Positions 19,893 through 29,130 of a DNA stretch of 64,000 bases are shown here, in pieces. Both the position numbers and the translations under genes were made by a program. This DNA is from an uncultured Lachnospiraceae bacterium. GTDB taxonomy: Bacteria; Bacillota; Clostridia; Lachnospirales; Lachnospiraceae. Positions within the stretch are counted from its first letter, which is position 1, and the number at the start of each line of letters is the position of its first letter. The stretch is taken from assembly GCA_910584965.1 (NCBI GenBank), contig CAJUDZ010000011.1, positions 17,088 to 81,087 on the forward strand, given 5' to 3'. The notes beneath the pieces were generated by a model. The model searched no databases and was not told the origin of the DNA. It saw nothing but the letters and a program-made list of their open reading frames with translations.

Positions 19893-19894
19893 AC

Positions 19895-21253
19895 TTATAA
19901 CTCCTTCAACTGATTTACATACTCTTTAAATTCTTTTCCCCGCACCTCATAATTGGGAAACATGCCCCAGCTCGCACAGGCCGGAGAGAGCAGAACCGCA
20001 TCGCCGGCATGAGCCTTTTCCACGCAGATATCAAGCGCTTCCTTAAAACTGTCCGCAAATACGATGTTTTCGACTCCGTGTGCCCTGGCGCACGCAGCAA
20101 TTTTCTCTCTCGTCTGGCCGATCAGAACAAGACATTTTACTTTCCCGCCAAATGCCTCTATCCATTCGTCATATTCGCTTTCCTTATCATAACCGCCGCC
20201 GATCAGCACCGTCGGCTTTGACATCGCCTTAATTCCCTGCACCGCCGCATCCGGGTTGGTCGCTTTGGAATCATTGTAGAAATCGACGCCCCGCTTTGAG
20301 GCCACAAATTCAATGCGGTGCTCCACCGCCTTAAACTGCCTCACCGTTTCCAGAATTTCCGCCATCGGCACGCCCACAGCCTCTGAAACGGCAATGGCCG
20401 CCATGACATTTTCCACATTGCAGATACCGACCAGATTCATCTCATGAATATTCATAAGACGCTCAGCCTGCCCTCCATGCGCTTCGTATATCTCTTCGCC
20501 GTCAAGATACAGTCCGTCTTCCAGCGCCCTTGCCGAAGAAAAATAAACGACTTTCGCCGGGCATCGCTCCCCGAAATTCTTCGTATAGGGATCTTCATAA
20601 TTTAAGACACAAGTGTCATTTTTTGTCTGATTTTCCGCTATCCGCTCCTTGACCGCAACATAATTTTCCATCGTATGATGTCTGTTCAGATGATCCGGTG
20701 TAATATTTAAGATGGCTGAAACATTCGGATGAAACGAATGAATCGTCTCAAGCTGAAAGCTGCTGATCTCGGCCACCGTAACCGTCTCATCCACTGACGC
20801 GGACGCCGTTTCCGTATAGGGATTTCCGATATTACCCACCACATAGACACTCGCGAAATGCCGCTTCATGATTTCCCCGACGAGAGACGTCGTAGTCGTC
20901 TTGCCGTTCGTTCCGGTAATCGCGGCCACCCTTCCTTTTCCGAGCACATAGGCCAGTTCGATCTCTCCCCAGATCGGAATCCCCTTTGCCCGCAGGCCGT
21001 CCGCAAGCGGCGTATCCACCGGGACACCCGGACTGAACACGGCGAGCGTTATTTCTGCCTTTACATCTTCCGGCAGACTTCCGGTTACAATACGGCATTC
21101 ACAGGAAGCAGGCAGTTTCTTTTCGACCGCTTCCCGGGACGCCTTTTCATCATACAAAACCGGGACCGCTCCTGCTTCGCAAAGAACTTCCACCGCTCCG
21201 ATGCCGCTGATACCCGCACCGACTACCAATACTTTTTTATCTTTTAATTCCAT
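19895..21253 (-). CDS. murD: UDP-N-acetylmuramoylalanine--D-glutamate ligase
   Basis: VLVVGAGISGIGA, ITGTNGKTTTTS. Confidence 0.9.
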   Translation of the reverse strand: MELKDKKVLVVGAGISGIGAVEVLCEAGAVPVLYDEKASREAVEKKLPASCECRIVTGSLPEDVKAEITLAVFSPGVPVDTPLADGLRAKGIPIWGEIELAYVLGKGRVAAITGTNGKTTTTSLVGEIMKRHFASVYVVGNIGNPYTETASASVDETVTVAEISSFQLETIHSFHPNVSAILNITPDHLNRHHTMENYVAVKERIAENQTKNDTCVLNYEDPYTKNFGERCPAKVVYFSSARALEDGLYLDGEEIYEAHGGQAERLMNIHEMNLVGICNVENVMAAIAVSEAVGVPMAEILETVRQFKAVEHRIEFVASKRGVDFYNDSKATNPDAAVQGIKAMSKPTVLIGGGYDKESEYDEWIEAFGGKVKCLVLIGQTREKIAACARAHGVENIVFADSFKEALDICVEKAHAGDAVLLSPACASWGMFPNYEVRGKEFKEYVNQLKEL

Positions 21254-21308
21254 CCTGATACCAAACCTTTCAACTTTCCGGATATGCCGCTCCGGGCGGC
21301 ACAGACAA

Positions 21309-22268
21309 TCAATTCATCCCCATCAGAGCCACCAGACAAAGCAGCGCCGTCACAATCGAAAAGACCGCTACCACTCTCGTTTCAGACCAGCCGCACAGCT
21401 CAAAATGATGATGGATGGGCGCCATTTTAAAGACGCGCTTCCCACCGGATATTTTAAAATAAGACACCTGAATCATGACGGACAATACCTCTGCCACATA
21501 AATAAAAGCCACCAGCGCCAGAAAAACCGGCATTTGCAGCATATAAGCCGTCGCCGCCACAAAGCCTCCGAGCGCTAAAGATCCCGTATCCCCCATAAAA
21601 ACGCTCGCCGGATGCACGTTAAACAAAAGAAAACCGAGCAATGCACCGACCACCGCACAGGTGACGGGTTCGATTCCGCTTTGCAGGCCGATTGCGATTA
21701 CCGTAAAAAAAGTGGCGATCAGGACCGTAACGGAACTCGCCAGACCGTCCAGGCCGTCCGTAAAGTTCGCACCGTTCACCGTCCCAAGCACGATAAAGAA
21801 CAGAAACGGAATATTCAATACGCCAAGATCCAGCGTTACGCCCGGCATAAAAGGAATTTTCATCGCCAGCGGAACATCCGTATAATGCGTGATATAATAC
21901 GCGAACACACCTGTCACCAGAAGCTGCAGCGCCATTTTCTGCCAGGCCCGCAGACCCATCGAGCGCTTTAACACAACTTTGATATAATCGTCCAGAAAAC
22001 CGATCAGGCCAAACCCCATCGTCACAAAAAGAATCGGAATAATCCGAGGATACTCTTTTACGTAAAGAATCGAAGTCGCTACAATGCTGATCAGAATCAG
22101 AATACCGCCCATCGTGGGCGTTCCGTTTTTCTTCAGATGCTCTTTCGGCCCCTCATCCCGGACAGTCTGACCCACTTTCAGCCTTTTTAAAAAGGGAATC
22201 ACCACCGGCCCCAGAACAACGCTGATCGCAAACGAAATTATTACCGACATCAAAATTGTAGCATCCAT
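21309..22268 (-). CDS. mraY: phospho-N-acetylmuramoyl-pentapeptide transferase
   Basis: GTPTMGG, FLDDYIKV, NGANFTDGLDGLA, MGDTGSLALGG, PIHHHFE. Confidence 0.95.
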   Translation of the reverse strand: MDATILMSVIISFAISVVLGPVVIPFLKRLKVGQTVRDEGPKEHLKKNGTPTMGGILILISIVATSILYVKEYPRIIPILFVTMGFGLIGFLDDYIKVVLKRSMGLRAWQKMALQLLVTGVFAYYITHYTDVPLAMKIPFMPGVTLDLGVLNIPFLFFIVLGTVNGANFTDGLDGLASSVTVLIATFFTVIAIGLQSGIEPVTCAVVGALLGFLLFNVHPASVFMGDTGSLALGGFVAATAYMLQMPVFLALVAFIYVAEVLSVMIQVSYFKISGGKRVFKMAPIHHHFELCGWSETRVVAVFSIVTALLCLVALMGMN

Positions 22269-22299
22269 TTATTTTCTCCTTTCAGAAACGGCGCCTTTG

Positions 22300-22614
22300 C
22301 TTTCGGAATCTCCGCCCTGCAGATTTGGCTCCGACAGAAATCTTCTCTATTCAGCAATAGTTTCTGCTGGCACCTCCGCCCTTGCAGATATGGCTCCGAC
22401 ATGAGACATTTCCGCTCAGCAATAGGTCCTGCTGGCACCTCCGCCCTTGCAGATTTGGCTCCGACAGGAGACATTTCCGCTCAGCAATAGGTCCTGCCGG
22501 CACCTCCGCCCTTGCAGATATGGCTCCGTCAGGAGACATTTCCGCTCAGCAATAGGTCCTGCTGGCACCTCCGCCCTTGCAGATATGGCTCCGTCAGGAG
22601 ACATTTCTGCTCAG
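22300..22614 (-). repeat. tandem repeat, 65-bp unit, about 4.9 copies, non-coding
   Basis: Unit starts at 22364, 22429, 22494 and 22559 (exact 65-nt period) plus a degenerate copy from about 22300. Copies differ by 1-4 substitutions. Confidence 0.9.
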
Positions 22615-24383
22615 AAGTGGTTTCCACTGGAACCACTTCTGTTATTATAATCCATCTTTTCCAAATAAGGAAGGATATTTTCAAAAAGCTGCCGCACGAC
22701 CGGAGCCGCGATCTGTCCGCCGTAATACGTCCCCTGTGGATGGTTGATGATGCACAGAGCGAGTATTTCCGGATCGTCGGCCGGCGCAAATCCGATAAAA
22801 GAAGCGATATATTTGCCGCTCCCTCTGGGCAGCGTCTGGCTCGTGGCCGTTTTGCCGCCGATGCGGTATCCCTCGATATAGGCCTTTTGGCCGCCGCCGT
22901 TTTCCACAACCTGCTCTAACAGATATTTCATCGTTTCCGATGTTTCCGCAGACACAACATTTTCCCGGATCTGATAAGTAAAGGACTGGCTGTCGCTGCC
23001 GTCCGCATTGGCTGTCCGTATGCCGAAATGAGGCGTCACCCTTTTTCCGCCGTTGATAAAAGAGGACACCGTCACTGCCAGCTGTATCGGCGTGATCTGA
23101 AAAGACTGTCCGAAGGAAATGGTCGCCAGCTCTACGAGGCCGATGTTGTCTTTTTTGTGCATGATCGTTCCCGCTTCTCCCGGCAGATCGATTCCGGTCT
23201 TATCGAGCAGTCCGAACTGCTTGAAATACTGATAGTATTTATCCACGCCGAGCCGCAGTCCCACCGTGACAAAGACCGGATTACAGGAATTCATCGTTGC
23301 CTGTACGAAATTTTCTGCCCCGTGTCCGGCAATCTTATGACATCGGATGCGCCGGTCTTCCACCATCACATATCCCGGACAGTGAAACGAATCGTTTACC
23401 GTCACAACGCCCTCTTCCAGCGCGGCCGCAGCCGTCACCGTCTTAAAAGTAGAACCGGGCTCATAGGTATCGTTGATGCAGCCGTTCCGCCACATGGCAT
23501 TTAATAACTCCTGTTTTCTTTCCGCGTCGGGATCCGATTCTTCGAGATCTTCCGGCAGCGTATAGGGGTGATTCAAGTCAAATTCCGGCACATTTACCAT
23601 CGCCTTTATTTCCCCGTTCTGCGGGTTCATGACGATGATCGAAACGCTCTGTGCCTGTTTCGTCTCCATCGTCTGCATCGCAAGCTGTGTCGCATAACTC
23701 TGGATATTCATATCCAGGCTGATGTATAAATCCTTGCCGCTTACGGGTTCAATGCGTTCTTCTCCGGCTTCCGGCACTTCGACTCCTTTGGCATCCGTCA
23801 CTGTCAGAATCATCCCCGGTTCTCCCTGAAGATATTCTTCATAAATTACTTCCAATCCGATGATACCCTGATTATCTCCGCCCGTAAAGCCGAGCACTTT
23901 GGACGCGAGGGAATCATACGGATAATAACGCTTGTAATCTTCATCCACTTTGACGCCCGCGAGTTCGTAAGCACGAATTGTATCGCCCACGGATTTATCC
24001 ACATTGCTTTTGATCTTTTCGATCGCGGAATATTTCTCCACGCGCTTTCTGACATAGTCTTCCGATAAACCCAGTTCTTTGGATAACACGGCGATAACCT
24101 GCTCCGCGTCTTCGATCTGGTTATGGATAACCGAAATGGTGCATACGGTTCTGTTATCGGCAAGAATTTCTCCGTTGGCATCTATAATTCTGCCCCTTGC
24201 GGCCTTGATGCTGCGTTCCCGCTCATGCAGTTCTTTTGCCTTTTCCATATAATATTCCGACCGGAAGACCATCAGATACACAAGCCTCCCGATCAGCACC
24301 ATAAAAAGGAACAGGCAGAGGAACAGTACCGTAACTGTTTTGCTCCGGTGGAAGGTTTTATGGGAATGTTCCGTTTCTCTCAT
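22611..24383 (-). CDS. class B penicillin-binding protein (FtsI/SpoVD-like transpeptidase), 590 aa
   Basis: N-terminal TM, then SxxK (GSTFK), SxN (NSCN) and K[TS]G-like (GGKTAT) motifs. Confidence 0.85.
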   Translation of the reverse strand: MRETEHSHKTFHRSKTVTVLFLCLFLFMVLIGRLVYLMVFRSEYYMEKAKELHERERSIKAARGRIIDANGEILADNRTVCTISVIHNQIEDAEQVIAVLSKELGLSEDYVRKRVEKYSAIEKIKSNVDKSVGDTIRAYELAGVKVDEDYKRYYPYDSLASKVLGFTGGDNQGIIGLEVIYEEYLQGEPGMILTVTDAKGVEVPEAGEERIEPVSGKDLYISLDMNIQSYATQLAMQTMETKQAQSVSIIVMNPQNGEIKAMVNVPEFDLNHPYTLPEDLEESDPDAERKQELLNAMWRNGCINDTYEPGSTFKTVTAAAALEEGVVTVNDSFHCPGYVMVEDRRIRCHKIAGHGAENFVQATMNSCNPVFVTVGLRLGVDKYYQYFKQFGLLDKTGIDLPGEAGTIMHKKDNIGLVELATISFGQSFQITPIQLAVTVSSFINGGKRVTPHFGIRTANADGSDSQSFTYQIRENVVSAETSETMKYLLEQVVENGGGQKAYIEGYRIGGKTATSQTLPRGSGKYIASFIGFAPADDPEILALCIINHPQGTYYGGQIAAPVVRQLFENILPYLEKMDYNNRSGSSGNHF

Positions 24384-24393
24384 TTTTTAAGAA

Positions 24394-24442
24394 AACCTCA
24401 TAAAAAGGTATTAATATAATTTATTACCGTTTTTATGAGGTT
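24394..24442 (-). promoter_or_regulatory. long hairpin between the two PBP genes, overlapping the likely SD of the downstream PBP
   Basis: 13-bp stem AACCTCATAAAAA/TTTTTATGAGGTT (24394-24406 and 24430-24442). On the minus strand the 3' arm contains GAGG, 12 nt before the ATG at 24383. Confidence 0.5.
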
Positions 24443-24471
24443 ATTCGTATGATCTGTTACATTTTATCAGG

Positions 24472-26688
24472 TTATATGCCAAAATCGTCTTCTTGATCTT
24501 CTTCGCTGACTTTCGGCGGCTCTCCGACGCCTGTTACCGGCACGTCGCCTTCTCCGCCCGTAATCAAAGCATCTCCATTTACCGACGCCCCCGTCTCGGG
24601 GTCAAACAGCTTGCCCGTTCCAGGCTCTTTCAGATACCCGGATTCCGGATCCAGCGGGAACGTTTTCCAGCTCTCCGTATCCGCATTTGATTCAGGCTCC
24701 GGTTCTTCTTCCTCCCCTTCATCTCCTTCTTCGCCCTCTTCCTCTGCTCCCGGCTGCTGCATCGTTATCTGCATCTGCAGTTCTTCCAGTTCTTTGATTT
24801 CTTTTTCGGATAATTCTTCTGTCATAAAAATATTCAAATACGGCAGCACTTCCGTCAGAACCGCGCGCACGATTCTTGTCGCATACTTCGCATCGTCCTG
24901 CTGCGCCGCATTCGGCCTGTCCACGACAACGTAGATCGCGATTTCCGGGTTATCTATCGGAGCATAACCGAGGAAAGATACAACATACTCCTTATTGCCG
25001 CGGGGCAGCGTCTCCGCGGTACCTGTCTTCCCTCCGATCATATAGCCCGCCGGTCTGGCCGTTTTACCGGTTCCCTTCTCACCGCTTACTACCATATTAC
25101 AGTATTCCCGTATCGTATCGCTCGTAGACTGGGATACCGTCTGTTTCAGCAGTCTTGGCGTAATATTTTCTACCGTCGCGCCGTCCGAAGTCATGATTCT
25201 GCTCACCACATGCGGCTCATAATAGTATCCGCCGTTGATCAGAGAGCAGAAGCCCGTAATCATCTGAATCATCGAAGCGTTGAAACCCTGCCCGAACGAG
25301 CAGGTCGCAAGCTCCGTTTGACGGATATTGTCTTTATTATATACAAGGGAAGCCGTTCTTGACTCTCCCGCAAGGTCGATGTTGGTCTTGAGCCCGAAGC
25401 CGAACAGATGCTGGAAATCGATAAAACGGTCCTTTCCGAGTTTAAACGCCACATGCATCAAAACAACGTTGCAGGAACGCTCGATTCCTTCCGCGACGGA
25501 AATATAACCGTCTCCGTATATCTGATGGCATTTGATTTTGTAATCGCCCACTTCCAGACGCCCTTCACAGTTAAATTTCTCTTCTCCCGTAATTGCACCT
25601 GTCTCAAGCGCCGCCGCCACCGTAAACGGTTTGGATACGGAGCCCGGTTCATAGGTATCTGTGATGCAGAAGTTCTTCCAGAGGGCGTCCAGATGCCTGT
25701 ACATCGCTTCGTCATCCATCGCGCTGATTTTTTCCGCCGTCAGATATTCCCCGGTCCGCTTCCATTCCGCATCCAGTTCCGGCATGCCGATCAGGTTATC
25801 CGTATTTCTCGTATCGTTCAGATCATAATTTGGATAGCTGGCCATTGCGAGGATATTGCCGGTATTTACCTCCATAATGATGCAGCCGACATTATGTGCT
25901 CCGTTGCCTTCCCGGACATTGTCCTTATATTCTTCATTAAATTCCAGCAGATGCTTTTCCACAATGCTTTGAATGTTTCCGTCTATCGTGGTCTGGATAT
26001 TATATCCGTCGATGGCGGGAATCGTCGTCCGCTGCAAATTGGAATCATCGTTCAGATAACCATACTTGCGGCCGTTCGTACCGCACAGAATATCATTATA
26101 ATACTCTTCCAGACCATACTGTCCCGCATTATCACTTGTCGTAAAACCGATCACGTCACAGGCAAGCGATCCGTTCGGATACTCCCTTTTATACTCGTCC
26201 TCAAACCAGATGCCCTTGATATGAGAACCGTTCTCCTCATCGTTTTGCAATGCCTTAAATTTTTCCACCTGATCGTATTCCAGACGTCTTGCAAGTACAT
26301 AATAAGAAGAATTGGGATGCGAAGCGATATATTCCCGCACCTTTCCCGTATCGATATTAAACGCGGTGCGCAGCGCATTCAGCGTAGGCTCCAGATTCTC
26401 CTCATCATCCATCAACACCTTCGTGTCCAGAATAACATTGTAGACTTTATTGCTGATCGCCAGAACCGTACCGTTGGCATCCAGTATTTCACCGCGTTTA
26501 AAAGGTATTGTCACAGAATCATATTCAAGCTGTGACAATACCTGCTTTTTATAATCGTTTCCTTTATCCTTATTAATTAAAATCAGCCGGACGCTCAAAG
26601 CGATGAAAGCCGCCAGTACACATAAAAAAAGTACCATGAGCTTACGCTGCATCCAGAATTTAAATTTACTCGCATGTCCCTGTTTCAT
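24472..26688 (-). CDS. class B penicillin-binding protein with acidic C-terminal tail
   Basis: SVSK, RSCN and GGKTGT motifs; the tail is rich in E/G (EEEGEEGDEGEEEEPEPE). The track ORF opens at a TTG (26703); I prefer the ATG at 26688 (MKQGHASK), preceded by GGAGAAA. Confidence 0.85.
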   Translation of the reverse strand: MKQGHASKFKFWMQRKLMVLFLCVLAAFIALSVRLILINKDKGNDYKKQVLSQLEYDSVTIPFKRGEILDANGTVLAISNKVYNVILDTKVLMDDEENLEPTLNALRTAFNIDTGKVREYIASHPNSSYYVLARRLEYDQVEKFKALQNDEENGSHIKGIWFEDEYKREYPNGSLACDVIGFTTSDNAGQYGLEEYYNDILCGTNGRKYGYLNDDSNLQRTTIPAIDGYNIQTTIDGNIQSIVEKHLLEFNEEYKDNVREGNGAHNVGCIIMEVNTGNILAMASYPNYDLNDTRNTDNLIGMPELDAEWKRTGEYLTAEKISAMDDEAMYRHLDALWKNFCITDTYEPGSVSKPFTVAAALETGAITGEEKFNCEGRLEVGDYKIKCHQIYGDGYISVAEGIERSCNVVLMHVAFKLGKDRFIDFQHLFGFGLKTNIDLAGESRTASLVYNKDNIRQTELATCSFGQGFNASMIQMITGFCSLINGGYYYEPHVVSRIMTSDGATVENITPRLLKQTVSQSTSDTIREYCNMVVSGEKGTGKTARPAGYMIGGKTGTAETLPRGNKEYVVSFLGYAPIDNPEIAIYVVVDRPNAAQQDDAKYATRIVRAVLTEVLPYLNIFMTEELSEKEIKELEELQMQITMQQPGAEEEGEEGDEGEEEEPEPESNADTESWKTFPLDPESGYLKEPGTGKLFDPETGASVNGDALITGGEGDVPVTGVGEPPKVSEEDQEDDFGI

Positions 26689-26714
26689 ACAATATTTCTC
26701 CAATCGGCATCCGT

Positions 26715-27335
26715 TCAGTCCGGAATTGGCGCTACCTGTTTGACATAATCATTATTTTCGCTCTGGAAAACCACAATCTGTCCTTCTTCCGCATACTGCA
26801 TGCCAAGTTCCTGAATCGCAATCCTTCTGACTTCCTCCAGATCAATACTGCTCGTAATTCTGTTATATTCTTCATCGTTTGCAAGCTTTAAATCGTTTAA
26901 TTCTCCCTCTAACGCCGCAATTCTTTTGATGCTGTTCGTAATATCGGACTGAAGACCGATATAGCCAACCAGAATACAACCTGTCGCAAACAGGGCGGCG
27001 CTCAGAAACAGCACGTAGCCCAGACTCATATGCTCTGCTTTTTCTCTGTTTTTTCTTGCCGTATTGCTTAATTTTTTCTTAGGACTCTGCTCGATTTCTC
27101 TCGTAACATCCAGCTTTCTTACCGCGCTGCCCTGTATATAATGTGTGCGCCCGCCGGACTGCTGGCTTCTTCTGCTCTGCGTATTAGAACCGCTTCGCAT
27201 GCTCATGCCGCTCTGTGCAGTGCTTTTCTGCGCATGTGCATTGTTTTTCTGCGCATGTGCATTGTTTTTCTGCGCATGTGCACTTCGTCCGCCCTGCATT
27301 CGCGCGCCGGATGTTCTTTCCCGAACTGCTGCCAT
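26715..27335 (-). CDS. ftsL: FtsL-like cell division protein (basic repeat N-terminus, TM, coiled coil)
   Basis: Located between rsmH and the PBP gene. TM LGYVLFLSAALFATGCILVGYI followed by a coiled-coil segment. Start moved to the ATG at 27335 (AGAGGAA RBS). Confidence 0.65.
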   Translation of the reverse strand: MAAVRERTSGARMQGGRSAHAQKNNAHAQKNNAHAQKSTAQSGMSMRSGSNTQSRRSQQSGGRTHYIQGSAVRKLDVTREIEQSPKKKLSNTARKNREKAEHMSLGYVLFLSAALFATGCILVGYIGLQSDITNSIKRIAALEGELNDLKLANDEEYNRITSSIDLEEVRRIAIQELGMQYAEEGQIVVFQSENNDYVKQVAPIPD

Positions 27336-27383
27336 ACTGCTATATTCCTCTCTCAATTCCGATTTCGCACGGTTTCCATGCGA

Positions 27384-28328
27384 TTATATACTTCCGCCCC
27401 GCTCAAAGACTCTCAGCTTTGCGCTCTTGGCTCTTCTGTTTTCCGCGATCTCTTCTTCGGACGGTAAAATCGGCTTCCTTGTAATCGATTTTCCCTTCGA
27501 TACTCTGCCGCATGTACAGACCGGAAATTCCGGCGGACAAATACACGGATTTTCATTCTCCCGGAAGGCCGATTTGACAATCCGGTCTTCCAGCGAATGG
27601 AAGGTGATGATGCAGAGCCTTCCCCCTGGATTCAACATTTCAATAAACTCGTCCAACGAATTTTTTAAAACCTCCAGTTCCCGGTTGCATTCGATGCGAA
27701 TCGCCTGAAAAGTCCTTTTGGATGGATGTCCCCCTTCTTTCCGCATTTTCGCTGGTATCGCCGCTTTGATGATTTCGTTCAGTTCCCCCGTTGTTTCCAG
27801 GGGCCTGTCCTTTCTCGCCAGCACAATATGTTTTGCGATATTTTTGGCAAATTTTTCTTCTCCGTAGTCCCGGATAACCCGGTAAAGCTCCATTTCCGAA
27901 TAAGTATTGACGATTTCCTTCGCGCTGACCGACTGCCGCGTATCCATGCGCATATCGAGCGCCGCGTCATACTGATAGGAAAAACCTCTTTCAACCTGGT
28001 CAAGCTGGTAAGAGGATACGCCGAGGTCTAATACGATGCCGTCCGCTTTGTCAACACCTATGCTTCGCAGCGCGTTTTTTGCATTACAGTAATTATCCCT
28101 GATAATCGTAACTTTTTCCCGAAAAGGTTCCAGCCTTTTTTCGGCCGCCAGAATGGCTTCCCCGTCCTGATCGATGCCGATCAGCCTGCCCTTTTCTGTC
28201 AGCCTGGAGGCGATTTGATAAGAATGCCCGCCGCCTCCAAGCGTTCCGTCTATGTAGATTCCTTCGGGTCTTACCCTCAGATTCCGTATTGTCTCTTCCA
28301 ATAAAACCGATGTATGTTTAAACTCCAT
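27384..28328 (-). CDS. rsmH: 16S rRNA (cytosine1402-N4)-methyltransferase
   Basis: [36 protein letters not shown]. Confidence 0.95.
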   Translation of the reverse strand: MEFKHTSVLLEETIRNLRVRPEGIYIDGTLGGGGHSYQIASRLTEKGRLIGIDQDGEAILAAEKRLEPFREKVTIIRDNYCNAKNALRSIGVDKADGIVLDLGVSSYQLDQVERGFSYQYDAALDMRMDTRQSVSAKEIVNTYSEMELYRVIRDYGEEKFAKNIAKHIVLARKDRPLETTGELNEIIKAAIPAKMRKEGGHPSKRTFQAIRIECNRELEVLKNSLDEFIEMLNPGGRLCIITFHSLEDRIVKSAFRENENPCICPPEFPVCTCGRVSKGKSITRKPILPSEEEIAENRRAKSAKLRVFERGGSI

Positions 28329-28346
28329 TTTGTTTCCTGTGTCCCT

Positions 28347-28778
28347 CTAAATACCAAGCCCAAGCTCGGCCATGTGCTCCGCTATCTCGTCCATATCATC
28401 ATAAGCCGCCATTCCGTCGAAACGTTCTTTGCTCCAGATTTCGATTCTGCTCCCGACGCCGATCAGAACGACATCCTTATTCAATTCCGCAAATTCTCTC
28501 AGTACATTAGGCACCAGGATTCTTCCCTGTTTATCTACCTCTGCTTCCGTTGCTCCGGCCAGGAAAAAACGTACAAACTTTCTGGCATCTTTATTGGTAA
28601 GGGGCAGCGATTTCAGCTTTTCTTCAAATACATTCCACTCTGCGTTGTCATACACAAACAGACAGCCATCCAATCCTTTCGTCACCACGAAAACGTCTCC
28701 CAGCGCTTCGCGGAATTTGGATGGAACGATCAGCCTGCCTTTTGCATCGATTGTGTGATTGTATTCTCCCATAAACAT
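28347..28778 (-). CDS. mraZ: transcriptional regulator MraZ
   Basis: [19 protein letters not shown] and [10 protein letters not shown] (two SpoVT/AbrB-like repeats). The exact start (28778 vs 28781/28784) is uncertain. Confidence 0.9.
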   Translation of the reverse strand: MFMGEYNHTIDAKGRLIVPSKFREALGDVFVVTKGLDGCLFVYDNAEWNVFEEKLKSLPLTNKDARKFVRFFLAGATEAEVDKQGRILVPNVLREFAELNKDVVLIGVGSRIEIWSKERFDGMAAYDDMDEIAEHMAELGLGI

Positions 28779-28848
28779 CATCAATCACCTGCCATAAAGT
28801 GTCTGCCACGGTCTGCTTCCAAAGGGTCGATGTGAATCGCTTATATTC

Positions 28849-28890
28849 ACCACTTTGAACCACTTCGCTCCACTTTCCACCACTTCGAAT
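28849..28890 (-). promoter_or_regulatory. MraZ operator: four direct (A/G)AAGTGG boxes with exact 10-bp period
   Basis: ccactt at 28851, 28861, 28871 and 28881 on the plus strand. Minus strand reads GAAGTGGTGGAAAGTGGAGCGAAGTGGTTCAAAGTGG, immediately downstream of the -10 element. Confidence 0.7.
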
Positions 28891-28894
28891 ATTA

Positions 28895-28923
28895 TTTTAT
28901 ATTAAAACAGATCATTATGCAAG
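28895..28923 (-). promoter_or_regulatory. Pmra promoter candidate (TTGCAT-17 nt-TAAAAT)
   Basis: -35 at 28918-28923 and -10 at 28895-28900 on the minus strand. Confidence 0.55.
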
Positions 28924-28957
28924 TAAAAACAGGAGGTTTTTCTAAAATCACCGCGCA

Positions 28958-28993
28958 AAAAAAACAGAGGCGGCATCTCATGCCGGCCTCTGT
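28958..28993 (-). terminator. intrinsic terminator after lgt
   Basis: Minus strand CAGAGGCCGGCAT-GAG-ATGCCGCCTCTG followed by eight T. Confidence 0.8.
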
Positions 28994-29130
28994 CTGTGCC
29001 CATCTTATATCGCTTTTTCAGCCCTTAAATTCTTTTCCCAAATCCGCTTCCTGCCATATTTTCCGCAGGACAGCGCAATGTTATATCCGCTCCTTGTGTC
29101 CCCTTGTCCGCCAATGGGATTATCATTTTT

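Noticed and set aside
22300-22614. Possible CRISPR array, because of regularly spaced repeats
   Set aside because: The whole 65-bp unit repeats head-to-tail with no unique spacers, and there are no cas genes in the window. It is a simple tandem repeat.
22250-22919. Track ORFs 22250..22474, 22351..22539, 22416..22604, 22447..22650, 22512..22919 and 22529..22909, which look like a family of related small proteins
   Set aside because: They are artefacts of translating the 65-bp repeat, which has few stop codons and shifts frame every unit. None has an RBS, and they overlap each other and the PBP gene end.
25408-26535. Long plus-strand ORFs antisense to well-supported minus-strand genes (for example 25408..26535, 15648..16385, 8689..9576, 56196..57023, 6044..6652, 46461..47189)
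   Set aside because: These are shadow ORFs opposite genes with unmistakable conserved motifs (PBP, FtsZ, RelA, AroE, RecJ). Their translations are low-complexity or Arg/Ser/Pro-rich with no RBS.
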